A stretch of 63,996 bases of DNA, the filler included, from a bacterium (GTDB taxonomy: Bacteria > UBA9089 > CG2-30-40-21 > SBAY01), in the NCBI GenBank assembly GCA_040757115.1. It is 12 parts of 12 records of this genome, joined end to end, with 100 filler letters (N's around TTAATTAATTAA, not from the genome) between each part and the next. Parts side by side here need not be neighbours in the genome. Positions count along the whole stretch, not along the records: positions 51,358 to 54,772 come from JBFLYA010000332.1; positions 54,873 to 58,262 come from JBFLYA010000333.1; positions 58,363 to 61,746 come from JBFLYA010000334.1; positions 61,847 to 63,996 come from JBFLYA010000393.1; 8 more parts are not named here. One strand, given 5' to 3'. This document shows positions 52,089 through 62,193 of the stretch, piece by piece (within the stretch, counting starts at the first letter, position 1; the number at the start of each line of letters is the position of its first letter). The position numbers and the translations under genes are program-made. The notes beneath the pieces were generated by a model. It saw only the letters and a program-made list of their open reading frames with translations. It ran no database searches and had not been told where the DNA came from.

Positions 52089-52904
52089 ATGATGACGATT
52101 TATCTAAAAAGAAAATGGATGCTAATATTAATTATTTTCACATTTGCTATTGTTGGCTATGCAAAAAGTTTTGTCAATGTAACTATTTATGTTGATAATA
52201 ATTTTCTACAACTAAAAACTAATAAAAATACAGTTCTGGATGTATTAAACTCTACTAACATTGGTTTGGATAAAAATGATATTGTTCGACCGGGGATTGA
52301 GACTAAATTACGAAATAAGATGTTTATTCGTGTTTATCGCCTGGCAAAAGAAGAAATAAAGGAGAAAAAAACTATCCCCTACCCTACCCAATATCAATAC
52401 ACCTCTCAACTTCTATTGGGTAAAACACTTGTGAAACAATATGGAAAACAAGGATTAAAAGAAATCATTACTCAAAAAACCTCTATTGATGGCGTCAATA
52501 TAAAAGAAAAAATTATCGAAGAAAAGATTTTGAACAAACCTGTAAGTTGCATTATAGTTAAAGGAACAAGAAGATATGTGCCACCTCCTCTTCTAAATGC
52601 AAAAGCAAGTATAAAAAAAGTATTAAATATGGTTGCCACAGCTTATTCTGATTCTAAAATATCCTGCGGTAAATGGGCAGGGTGTGTAACCTCTATTGGA
52701 TTAAAAGCAAGATATGGTATCATTGCGGTTGACCCAGGGGTTATCCCTTTGAGAACTAAATTATATGTTGAAGGATATGGCTATGGTATTGCGGGAGATA
52801 CTGGCAGTGCCATTAAAGGAAATCGAATAGATTTATGTTTTAATACCCATCAGGAAGCAATAAGATATGGAAAAAAGAATGTAAAAGTTTATATCCTGGA
52901 ATAA
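52089..52904 (+). CDS. YabE-like cell-wall protein (DUF348, G5 and 3D domains)
   Basis: ATAYS, IAVDPGVIPL and AGDTGSAIKGNRID. Confidence 0.88.
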   Translation: MMTIYLKRKWMLILIIFTFAIVGYAKSFVNVTIYVDNNFLQLKTNKNTVLDVLNSTNIGLDKNDIVRPGIETKLRNKMFIRVYRLAKEEIKEKKTIPYPTQYQYTSQLLLGKTLVKQYGKQGLKEIITQKTSIDGVNIKEKIIEEKILNKPVSCIIVKGTRRYVPPPLLNAKASIKKVLNMVATAYSDSKISCGKWAGCVTSIGLKARYGIIAVDPGVIPLRTKLYVEGYGYGIAGDTGSAIKGNRIDLCFNTHQEAIRYGKKNVKVYILE

Positions 52905-52908
52905 TTTA

Positions 52909-54333
52909 ATGACTTATCCAATAATTAAAGAAATCCCAACAATTGAGCCGCTAAAACTCTTCAGTATCTTCAAAGAACATAATTACCCATTCTTCCTTGA
53001 TAGTGGAATGAATAAATATAGTTTAGGTAGATATTCCTTCATTGGTTTTAACCCATTCCTTGTTTTTAAAAGTAAAAGTAAACAGATTCAATACGAAATT
53101 CGGAATAATATAGATACTCAACAAATCCAAAATCCAATATCCAATATCCAAAATTTTATAAATGACCCATTTGAAGTATTAAGGGAACTTGTTAATCAAT
53201 ATCCACTACAACAGATCTCAAATTTTCCTTCTTTTATAGGGGGAGCAGTTGGTTACTTCAGTTATGAAATGCGGCATTTAATTGAAAATGTTCCTGGAAA
53301 AGGAATTGATGACCTGATGATACCGGATTGTATCTTCTGCTTTTATGATTTAATTTTCATCTTTGACCACTTGAAACAAAAGGCTTATATTTCATCAAGC
53401 GGGTTTCCTGAAAATGGAAGATTAAGAGAGAAAAAGGCTGAAAACAGACTAAACGAAACGCTGAATAAATTATCAAAATCCAGCCCCCAGAACCCAAAAC
53501 CCAAAACCCAAAATGTGGAAATAGTTTCTAATTTTACTCATCAAGAATATTTAGAGGCAGTGAGAAAGGCTAAGGAATATATTAGTGCCGGTGATATTTA
53601 TCAGGTTAATTTATCACAAAGACTCTCGGCTAATCTTTGTATGTCGGCGTTTGAACTCTATAAACGGCTAAGGAGGTCAAATCCGGCACCATTTGCTTGC
53701 TTTTTAGACTTAAAGGATGTCATTATTGCCAGTGCATCGCCAGAGCGATTTTTACAGGTAGAGGGTAAAAATGTTGTCACCAGACCAATTAAAGGAACAA
53801 GACCCAGAGGAAAGACCAAAAAAGAGGATTTGAAATTAAAAAATGAATTGAAAATAAGCCAGAAGGATAGAGCAGAACTAATAATGATAGTTGATCTTTT
53901 GCGAAATGATTTAGGTCGAGTATGTAAATTTGGGTCTGTGAAAGTTAATGAGTTGATAAAATTAGAAACGCATCCAACAGTATTTCATACAGTAGGTATT
54001 ATCTCTGGTGAATTAAAACCAGATAAGGATAGATTTGATTTATTAAAGGCATGTTTTCCCGGCGGTTCAATTACCGGCGCTCCAAAAATTCGGGCAATGG
54101 AAATAATTGATGAATTAGAACCAACAAAAAGGCATATTTATACAGGGTCTATTGGATACTTAAGTTTCACCCAAAGTATGGACTTAAATATTGCAATTCG
54201 CACCTTTGTTATCAAAAACAACAAAACTTACTTCCATGTAGGTGGTGGAATAGTCGCAGATTCTATACCAGAAGAAGAGTATAATGAAACCCTTTATAAA
54301 GGAAAGGCAATGATTGAAGCAATTATGGGATAA
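52909..54333 (+). CDS. pabB: Aminodeoxychorismate synthase component I
   Basis: GDIYQVNLSQR, SPERF, TRPIKGTRPRG and FPGGSITGAPKIRAMEII. Confidence 0.88.
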   Translation: MTYPIIKEIPTIEPLKLFSIFKEHNYPFFLDSGMNKYSLGRYSFIGFNPFLVFKSKSKQIQYEIRNNIDTQQIQNPISNIQNFINDPFEVLRELVNQYPLQQISNFPSFIGGAVGYFSYEMRHLIENVPGKGIDDLMIPDCIFCFYDLIFIFDHLKQKAYISSSGFPENGRLREKKAENRLNETLNKLSKSSPQNPKPKTQNVEIVSNFTHQEYLEAVRKAKEYISAGDIYQVNLSQRLSANLCMSAFELYKRLRRSNPAPFACFLDLKDVIIASASPERFLQVEGKNVVTRPIKGTRPRGKTKKEDLKLKNELKISQKDRAELIMIVDLLRNDLGRVCKFGSVKVNELIKLETHPTVFHTVGIISGELKPDKDRFDLLKACFPGGSITGAPKIRAMEIIDELEPTKRHIYTGSIGYLSFTQSMDLNIAIRTFVIKNNKTYFHVGGGIVADSIPEEEYNETLYKGKAMIEAIMG

Positions 54334-54427
54334 AAAACTTAGCCTGTCCCACAAGGTAAGCGTTCAGGTGGTGTAACAAAAGGAGATGTGGAGATTAAAG
54401 AGATAGGGAGATATTATTAAAAAATTG

Positions 54428-54656
54428 GTAACTATTCACCATTCACCATTCACAATTCACAATTTCTTCCCTAAATTTCCTTAATAATGGTGAATGGTGA
54501 ATTGTCAATTGTGAATTGTGAATTATCACTCTTCACGGTGTCAAGCAAACCTGGCCCAAGAGTTCGATGCACCGCTATAGCGCATCCAATGACTCTATTC
54601 GATAATTCATCAAATTTCACTTCGTGCTCTCCGTACCCTTCGTGCTGAATAGTTAC
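54428..54656 (-). mobile_element. IS66-type MITE nested in the 240-bp MITE, carrying a GxxExxY gene 5' fragment
   Basis: GTAACTATTCA...TGAATAGTTAC with perfect TSD AAAAATTG. Minus strand encodes VKFDELSNRVIGCAIAVHRTLGPGLL. Confidence 0.8.
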
Positions 54657-54934
54657 AAAAATTGAAATTAATAGAAACTAATAGAAATTTATGGAAATTT
54701 GTTGTTTTCCACAATCAATTTCTACCTATTTCTATAAATTTCAATCTATTTCTATTATCTTATCTCCATATCNNNNNNNNNNNNNNNNNNNNNNNNNNNN
54801 NNNNNNNNNNNNNNNNTTAATTAATTAANNNNNNNNNNNNNNNNNNNNNNNNNNNNNNNNNNNNNNNNNNNNTTCAGGAAGACAACAAATAAATATTAAA
54901 TATCAAATATTAAATATCAAATATAAATATCAAA

Positions 54935-55048
54935 ATGCAAAATTACAAATCAAATTTCAAAGAGGAAGTAGCAGGGTTTCTCAAAGAGTTGGAGGAATTT
55001 AGTAATATCTTTGCTTCAAGTATTTTAACGCTGAAAGGAAAGAGATAA
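54935..55048 (+). pseudogene. Internally deleted four-helix-bundle (23S rRNA IVP-like) minigene
   Basis: MQNYKSNFKEEVAGFLKELEEFSNIFASSILTLKGKR* (37 aa), flanked by AAATATC / TTTTG low-complexity arms. Confidence 0.6.
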
Positions 55049-55204
55049 TTTTACATTTTGATATGTAATTTTTATATTTGCTTTTTGCATTTTGCTCTTT
55101 GGAGGAAATCCCTTTTGGACACCAAATCTGCATAGATTTCACTATTAGAGTTATTGTCAGACACTACCGAAATTTTTTACTTAACCTTAACCTTTAATTC
55201 AATA

Positions 55205-55280
55205 GGCGGGATAGCTCAGACGGTAGAGCGACGGACTGAAAATCCGTGCGTCCCCAGTTCGATTCTGGGTCCCGCCACCA
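55205..55280 (+). tRNA. tRNA-Phe(GAA)
   Basis: GGCGGGA acceptor stem, ACGGA-CTGAAAA-TCCGT anticodon arm, TTCGA, CCA. Confidence 0.96.
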
Positions 55281-55902
55281 TTTGAAAAAAATCGGCACTC
55301 TCCCCCATTTCACTGGCCCATTACCCAATGGTTGGACAGCAATTCTCATTATGACAGAAATTGTGTAAAAAAGGGGAAAGGGAGAAAATGGAGAAGGAGA
55401 AATGGAGAAAGTGATTAAAATTAGTCACGAATAGACCGAATTAATCCTAATAATCCTATGTTTCGTGCTTATTCGTGTCCTATTAGTGGTTATATTTTCT
55501 CCCTATTCTCCAATTCTCCTTGCTTACACATTTTCATAATTAGAATTGCTGATGGTTGGAAATTTTTCTTGACTTTTTTTCCCCTTAATGGTATCATTTT
55601 AAAACTATCTATAATAAAAGCCACAAATTGGTCTATAGCAGTTATTAGTCAAAATTTTACTCAGAGTGGATAAGGGAAAAATCCCAAATCCCAAGCACCA
55701 AATCTCAAATAAACACCAAATTCCACATACCAAAAAGCGAATTAGAGATTAGTGAATTAGAGATTAGATTTTACTAATTCGCTTAATTCACTAATTCACT
55801 AAATAGAATTTGGAATTTGTGATTTGGAATTTCATAGCCATATCTATGTCAAATTTCGATTAATAAGTGCTATATTTACCAAAAAAGGAGGATTATTAAC
55901 CT

Positions 55903-56799
55903 ATGTCAGCCAAAATAATAGATGGCAATGCCATTGCCGAACAAATTCGACAAGAGGTAACTCAAGAAGTAGCAGAATTAAAATTAAAGGGAATTACCCC
56001 GGGATTAGCGACTGTTCTGGTTGGAGAAGACCCGGCATCACAGGTTTATGTGCGAAATAAAGGTAAGGCGTGTGAAAAGGTAGGAATTTACTCTGAACAA
56101 CATACACTCCCTGCCACGATAAAAGAAGATGAATTACTAAAATTGATTGAGACACTCAATAACAACCCTAAGATAAATGGTATCCTGGTCCAATTACCCC
56201 TTCCAAAACATATTAACGAAATTTTGGTATTGAATGCTATCTCTCCAGATAAAGATGTTGATGGTTTTCATCCAGTAAATGTGGGGAAATTCTTTACCGT
56301 GAAGGATTTTGAGGAAATGGTTAGACAAGGATTATTTCTCCCCTGTACACCACATGGGGTGATAGAATTATTAATCAGGAGTGGTGTTAATTTAAGTGGA
56401 CTGGAGGCTGTAGTCGTGGGAAGAAGTAATATTGTTGGGAAGCCGGTGGCGATGTTACTCCTGGCTAATAATGCTACCGTAACTATATGTCATTCACGCA
56501 CTAAAGATTTAACAGAGGTCTGCCAAAGGGCAGATGTCTTAGTCGCCGCTATTGGCAAACCTCAATTTATTAAAGCAGATATGGTCAAAGAAGGTGTCGT
56601 GCTAATTGATGTTGGCGTCAACCGTATCCCGGATTCTACTTCAGAAAAAGGATTCAGATTAGTTGGTGATGTCGATTTTGAGCAGGTAAAAGAAAAAGCC
56701 TCGATGATTACACCTGTGCCAGGCGGCGTAGGACCAATGACAATTACGATGCTTTTAGTTAATACAGTTAAATCAGCGAAAAATCAAGCTGAAATGTAA
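55903..56799 (+). CDS. folD: Bifunctional methylenetetrahydrofolate dehydrogenase/cyclohydrolase
   Basis: [26 protein letters not shown] and [11 protein letters not shown]. Confidence 0.97.
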   Translation: MSAKIIDGNAIAEQIRQEVTQEVAELKLKGITPGLATVLVGEDPASQVYVRNKGKACEKVGIYSEQHTLPATIKEDELLKLIETLNNNPKINGILVQLPLPKHINEILVLNAISPDKDVDGFHPVNVGKFFTVKDFEEMVRQGLFLPCTPHGVIELLIRSGVNLSGLEAVVVGRSNIVGKPVAMLLLANNATVTICHSRTKDLTEVCQRADVLVAAIGKPQFIKADMVKEGVVLIDVGVNRIPDSTSEKGFRLVGDVDFEQVKEKASMITPVPGGVGPMTITMLLVNTVKSAKNQAEM

Positions 56800-56820
56800 C
56801 AAAGGAGTAAAAAAGGAAAT

Positions 56821-58134
56821 ATGGGAAGTAATGGTGGTATTCTTAACGGTATGATTAAGCGAGCGATGGAAGAAGTTATCCGTAAGGAATCTGTGATACC
56901 CTCAGAATTTCAAGAAAAACCTGAAATTGAATCAACACAAAAAGAAGAAATGATAGAAGAAGTTGGGGATATAGAAAGATTTTATGAAGAAAGTATTAAA
57001 TCAATTAAAGATGGAATGATTCTCGATGGCTATGTTGTTCAGGTAGATAACGAAGGGGCATTAATTTCAGTTGGTGGTAAAACAGAGGGGTTTATTCCAA
57101 AAGAAGAATTATCAACAAGGCGTTTTTCTCATCCATCAGAAGTAATCTCAGTTGGAGACCAGGTTAAAGTTTATGTTCTTACCACAGATGATGGACAGGG
57201 AAACTTAATTCTATCTAAAAAATGGGTTGATATAGAACAAGCCTGGAGTAATGTAACTACCGCTTTTAAAGAGAATAAAATAATAAATGGTAAAGTAGTA
57301 AAACGAGTAAAAGGAGGATTGATTGTTGATATTGGCATTAGAGGTTTTATCCCAATGTCAGAACTTGATGTTATCCCTAAAAGGGGCATAGATGGATATT
57401 TGAATAAAACTTTAAGGTTAAAGGTAATAGACTGTAATCAAGAAGAGAGAAAACTTATCTTCTCTCATAAAGCGGCAGTAGAAGAGGAACTTCAAAGGGA
57501 AAAGCAAGCAGTCCTTGACTCTTTACATCCAGGGAAAATATGCCAGGGGAAGGTAGTTAAACTTACAGGATTTGGTGCGTTTGTCAATATAGGAGGAGCG
57601 GATGGCTTAATTCATCTCTCAGAATTATCTTATCGAAGAATAAAACACCCACGAGAAATAGTGAAGGTAGGAGATAAAATTGAGGTTATGGTCTTAGATG
57701 TGGATAAGGAGAAAGGAAAGGTTTCATTAAGCCTGAAACAAACTCAGGTTGATCCGTGGAAAGAAATCTCTAAAAAGTTTGAGATTGGCTCAATTGTCAC
57801 CGGAACGGTCTCGAAGATAACTAAATCCTATATCTTTGTCCATTTTGGTGATGGGATAGAAGGATTAGTTCCATTTTCAGAATTATCGGTCAAAAAAATT
57901 TCCTCCCCTTCAGAAGCAGTTAAAGAAGGAGAGCAGGTTAAAGTAAAGGTGTTAGATGTTAAGCCATTAGAACGAAGGATAAGTTTGAGTTTAAAACGGG
58001 TTTATCAGGAAGAAGAAAAACAAAAAATCCAGGACTACCTGAAAAATCAAAAAGAGGGACTTGGCGTTACTCTTGGAGATGTTTTTAAAGAGAAATTTGG
58101 TGATAAGTTGCAATTAATTGGTACCTCTGAATAA
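56821..58134 (+). CDS. rpsA: 30S ribosomal protein S1 (four S1 domains)
   Basis: Four S1 repeats, e.g. FGAFVNIGGADGLIHLSELS; C-terminal TLGD. Confidence 0.9.
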   Translation: MGSNGGILNGMIKRAMEEVIRKESVIPSEFQEKPEIESTQKEEMIEEVGDIERFYEESIKSIKDGMILDGYVVQVDNEGALISVGGKTEGFIPKEELSTRRFSHPSEVISVGDQVKVYVLTTDDGQGNLILSKKWVDIEQAWSNVTTAFKENKIINGKVVKRVKGGLIVDIGIRGFIPMSELDVIPKRGIDGYLNKTLRLKVIDCNQEERKLIFSHKAAVEEELQREKQAVLDSLHPGKICQGKVVKLTGFGAFVNIGGADGLIHLSELSYRRIKHPREIVKVGDKIEVMVLDVDKEKGKVSLSLKQTQVDPWKEISKKFEIGSIVTGTVSKITKSYIFVHFGDGIEGLVPFSELSVKKISSPSEAVKEGEQVKVKVLDVKPLERRISLSLKRVYQEEEKQKIQDYLKNQKEGLGVTLGDVFKEKFGDKLQLIGTSE

Positions 58135-58362
58135 AATTTGTAACCGTTCAGGCTATATATCAAAAGTGTAAGAAAGGGGATAAGGAGATAAGAGTGATAT
58201 GGAGATAAGATAATAGAAATAGATTGAAATTTATAGAAATAGGTAGAAATTGATTGTGGAAANNNNNNNNNNNNNNNNNNNNNNNNNNNNNNNNNNNNNN
58301 NNNNNNTTAATTAATTAANNNNNNNNNNNNNNNNNNNNNNNNNNNNNNNNNNNNNNNNNNNN

Positions 58363-58714
58363 AAGATGTGAGTCCTCCTTTGGTCATATGGATTACCCAT
58401 TTTCCTTCCGTGATGTATGTTCAAACGCATTACCCAGAGATGCTTTAACCTAACCTATTTATTCATCTCCGACAAGGACATTGCCAGTGCTTCGCTGAGA
58501 AAGGGCAGTTGGCACGAGTTAATACGCCATAGTCATACACCCCAATAGGTCATCTGTCCTTCGTCACTCCATCATATCACCTCACGATGATACCCTGTCT
58601 TTCTGTAGATACAGATTGTTCCTTTATCTACATAATTACAAACTTCTATACAAGGATTAGGCTTGCATAGGTGGTTTTCCCAACCACTCGGGTATCCCAT
58701 ACTTCAAAGCACAC
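58363..58714 (-). ncRNA. Possible group II intron 5' part (domain I to start of domain IV)
   Basis: Starts GTGTG (GUGYG consensus), is non-coding and GC-richer than its flanks, and ends with an AAAGGAGG RBS at the contig break. Confidence 0.4.
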
Positions 58715-58996
58715 CTACTCTCTACTTTCTACTTCCTATTTTCAGAAAAACCTGCTTTTTATTAGTTTCTTGGTCTATAGTCTATGGTCTTCGGTTTGTA
58801 GTCTAATTTTTTTTCTTGACGATAATGATATAATAGTGTAAAATAATTACTGAATGGAAATTAGATATTGGGTAAGTGAAGCGAGAACATTAATCTCAAA
58901 GAGGGCTTCACGAAATTAAAAGTAAGTAATCGGTTAATTGGTAACTAATTACCATTCACCAGTTACCATTTACCAAGTACAAGGAGGTAAAAAATA

Positions 58997-60358
58997 ATGT
59001 TTAAAAAATGTATTTTCTTGATTTTAATTAGTTTGAGTCTTATTGGTGAAATAAGGGCTGAAAGCAAAGAAGGAGTTGAAATTACTGTCTATAATCAGGA
59101 TTTAGGGTTAGTTAAGGATAACAGATGGATAGAGTTTAAAAAGGGTGAAAATATCATAAGATTTACTGATGTTGCTTCATTAATCGACCCAACATCAGTC
59201 CACTTTAAAGCCACAAAATATGAAGATAAGGTTAAGATTCAAGAACAAAATTATGAATATGATTTAGTCAGTGCAAATAAACTGTTAGAAAAATATGTAG
59301 ATAAGTCAATTCAAATAATTACAAAGGACAATCAGCTCTACGAAGGTTCGTTATTAAGTTTTGATGATAAGCACATCATTTTGACCAGGGATAAGACAAA
59401 AGGACCTGTGGTGATGGTTAATCTTGAGAATGTAAATGATATAAAATTCCCTGAATTACCTGAAGGATTAATGACCAGACCTACACTTATGTGGGGAATA
59501 ATTTCGGATATTGGTGATAAAGATTTATGTGAATTGACTTACCTCACCAAAGGGATGAAGTGGTATGCAGATTATGTGGCAATTGTTGATGATAAAGATG
59601 CAAGTTTAGACTTGACGGGCTGGGTAACTATTGATAATCAAAGCGGCACGACTTATAGAAATGCCAAGTTAAAACTTATTGCTGGAGATATTCATTTATT
59701 AAAGCCAAAAGAACCAACAAGGGAGATAATGTATGCGGCGGCAAAAGCCGCAGAAGAAGGATTTAAAGAAGAATCTCTATTTGAGTATCATATTTATACC
59801 CTTACCAGACTGACAACTTTAAAAGATAAGCAAACTAAACAAATTAACCTTTTATCCACTAATAACCTTTCTTGCCAGAAGACTTTTATTTATAATGGCG
59901 CCCGATATGGGAAAAAAGTTCAAGTGAATTTAGAATTTGTGAATTCACAGAATTATGGATTGGGAATACCACTCCCTAAAGGTAAATTCAGGGTATATAA
60001 AGCAGATAAAGAAGGTGCCTTGCAGTTCATCGGTGAAGATGAGATTGACCATACCCCAAAGGATGAAGATGTTAGAATTTCCATCGGAGAGGCATTTGAT
60101 GTGGTTGGAGAACGAAAGATTATCAGCCGTCAAAAAATAACCTCGCAAATCCGTGAGGATACTTATGAAATAGAAGTAAAAAACCATAAAGACGAAGATA
60201 TTGAAGTTTCAGTCATAGAATCACAATACGGCACCTGGAGTGTAATAAAAACTACCCATGATTACAAAATTAAAGATGCCAATACATTAGAATTTAAAAT
60301 TAAGGTTAGAAAAAATGATAAGGAAACAATAAGATATACAGTTAGATGTGAGTGGTAA
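58997..60358 (+). CDS. DUF4139 domain secreted protein
   Basis: ITVYNQDLGLVKD, EQNYEYDL and LGIPLPKGKFRVY. Confidence 0.85.
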   Translation: MFKKCIFLILISLSLIGEIRAESKEGVEITVYNQDLGLVKDNRWIEFKKGENIIRFTDVASLIDPTSVHFKATKYEDKVKIQEQNYEYDLVSANKLLEKYVDKSIQIITKDNQLYEGSLLSFDDKHIILTRDKTKGPVVMVNLENVNDIKFPELPEGLMTRPTLMWGIISDIGDKDLCELTYLTKGMKWYADYVAIVDDKDASLDLTGWVTIDNQSGTTYRNAKLKLIAGDIHLLKPKEPTREIMYAAAKAAEEGFKEESLFEYHIYTLTRLTTLKDKQTKQINLLSTNNLSCQKTFIYNGARYGKKVQVNLEFVNSQNYGLGIPLPKGKFRVYKADKEGALQFIGEDEIDHTPKDEDVRISIGEAFDVVGERKIISRQKITSQIREDTYEIEVKNHKDEDIEVSVIESQYGTWSVIKTTHDYKIKDANTLEFKIKVRKNDKETIRYTVRCEW

Positions 60359-60753
60359 AATATCCGGGACGGTTCACTTTTGTTTGAAAGCGTGCGGTTA
60401 TAGCACTTATTAATCGAAATTTGACCCAGATATGGCTATGAAATTCCAAATCACAAATTCCAAATTCCATTTAGTGAATTAGTGAATTAAGCGAATTAGC
60501 GAATTAGTAAAATCTAATCTCTAATTCACTAATCTCTAATTCGCTTTTTGGTATGTGGAATTTGGTGCTTGGGATTTGGGATTTTTTACTTATCCACCCT
60601 GAGTAAAATTTTGACTAATAACTGCTATAGAAAATGGAGTTGAAATTAGAAATTAGGGGGAGAAATAAAAGCCCAATTTCTAATTTCCAATTTCAACTTT
60701 CTGTGAATATTTACAAATGTATATCCAAAATAAATCATAGGGAAAACGATAAA

Positions 60754-61542
60754 ATGAACTGTCCCAAATATCCTGATTTATTAGTCTATGTCGATGGTAA
60801 ATTTATCCCGGAAGTAAATGTGCTCAATATAATTGAGCCAGATGGCTTATTTGAGAGTTTAATCTTTAAAGAAGGTAAGATATTTAAGTTAGAAGAACAT
60901 TTACAAAGATTATATGATGGGGCGAAAGTTATAAAAATTCCTTTAGACAAAGATAAATTAATCCTGGCGATTCATCAGACGATTAAGAAGAATAATCTTA
61001 CTAATGGTTATATTCGAATTAGTGTTTTTAAATCCAGCCTTCAGATAATCGTTAGACCTCTACCACAATATCCTGAAGAAATATATACTCAAGGAGTTTC
61101 AATCATTACTGTTCCTACCAGAAGACACTTTATAGAATCAACTAATCCGCAGGTAAAATCATCTAATTTTGCGGCGAATATTATGGCTAAAATAGAGGCA
61201 ACATCCCATTTTGAGGCAATAATGTTCAATGAAAATGGCTATGTGACCGAAGGAACAATAAGTAATATATTTGTTTGTAAAAAAGGGAAATTAGTCACTC
61301 CTCCGATTTATTTAGGGTTATTAAAGGGTATAACCCGAGATTTTGTCATAGAATTAGCCCAAAAAGAGCAAATTGAGGTAAAAGAAGAACCAATTACCCG
61401 ATTTGACCTTTATTGTAGTGATGAGGTGTTTTTAACCTTTACATCAGCAGGAATTGTGCCAGTAATCCAAATAGATGGACGAATTATAGGAAATGGACAC
61501 CCGGGTATCCTCACTCAAAAATTAGGTGGTGTCTTAATCTAG
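60754..61542 (+). CDS. Class IV PLP aminotransferase (IlvE/PabC-like)
   Basis: DGLFE, HLQRL, VKS, EGTISNIF, LKGITR and DEVFLT. Confidence 0.88.
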   Translation: MNCPKYPDLLVYVDGKFIPEVNVLNIIEPDGLFESLIFKEGKIFKLEEHLQRLYDGAKVIKIPLDKDKLILAIHQTIKKNNLTNGYIRISVFKSSLQIIVRPLPQYPEEIYTQGVSIITVPTRRHFIESTNPQVKSSNFAANIMAKIEATSHFEAIMFNENGYVTEGTISNIFVCKKGKLVTPPIYLGLLKGITRDFVIELAQKEQIEVKEEPITRFDLYCSDEVFLTFTSAGIVPVIQIDGRIIGNGHPGILTQKLGGVLI

Positions 61543-61619
61543 CATAAAGGTTAAAATAGTGTATAGGGTTCTGCAAAATAGGATTTGAGGAAGACAACAA
61601 ATAAATATCAAATATTAAA

Positions 61620-61746
61620 CCTGAAATCGGCAAGTAGTTGAGTAAAAAGGGGGGAGTGGGGTAAAAAAGAAGGCTATTTTGACAAATTGGGGAGAGAATT
61701 AAGGAAAAGATGAAGGGAATTAGATAACAGATAGGATTAAGATGGG
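61620..61746 (+). mobile_element. Second copy of the IS end that interrupts the decarboxylase beta gene
   Basis: Identical to 25748-25869. Confidence 0.75.
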
Positions 61747-61846
61747 NNNNNNNNNNNNNNNNNNNNNNNNNNNNNNNNNNNNNNNNNNNNTTAATTAATT
61801 AANNNNNNNNNNNNNNNNNNNNNNNNNNNNNNNNNNNNNNNNNNNN

Positions 61847-62157
61847 ACTTTAAGCGAGTTTTAACAGAAACCTTCTATAGAGATTCTAAACAACATATAG
61901 GATTAGGCCAATATCAAATGCGTAAGTTTAATGGTATCATTAGACACTGGCACCTTGTATTTACAGCATATATTTTACTAATCTTAGTAAATCTCCAATC
62001 TGAAGGTAATAAAGAACGTAAAACCATTGGAGAAATTTGCAATTGGGTCAGACAACTGTTTTTCAAAGAGCTTTTAATTTGGAGTTATCAACAAGGCAAA
62101 ACCGGAAAATCTATTGATTCTGTATTGACAACTCTCTAAAAAACGCAAAAGTTTAGT
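61847..62157 (+). mobile_element. IS701-like transposase 3' remnant
   Basis: ETFYRDSKQHIGLGQYQMRKFNGIIRHWHLVFTAY. Confidence 0.75.
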
Positions 62158-62193
62158 TACTTTAATAAACTTGACAAGGCACTACCTTTTATA

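Noticed and set aside
54935-55048. Diversity-generating retroelement (four-helix bundle as Avd)
   Set aside because: No reverse transcriptase and no TR/VR pair with adenine-specific mismatches in the window.
55636-55902. THF or ZTP riboswitch upstream of folD
   Set aside because: The leader is occupied by the TA-flanked MITE found at two other loci; no riboswitch consensus is recognisable.
2066-60187. Numerous short antisense or overlapping ORFs (e.g. 2066-2362, 7710-8144, 26951-27178, 57171-57389, 59945-60187)
   Set aside because: Shadows of well-supported genes on the opposite strand or frame, with no motifs.
52909-61542. Apparent folate gene neighbourhood (pabB, folD, class IV aminotransferase)
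   Set aside because: The three genes are on different contigs separated by linkers.
25870-61846. Regularly spaced TTAATTAATTAA motifs within N-runs
   Set aside because: Artificial contig linkers. Contig lengths fall monotonically (3621 to 3384 bp), so the order reflects sorting rather than biology.
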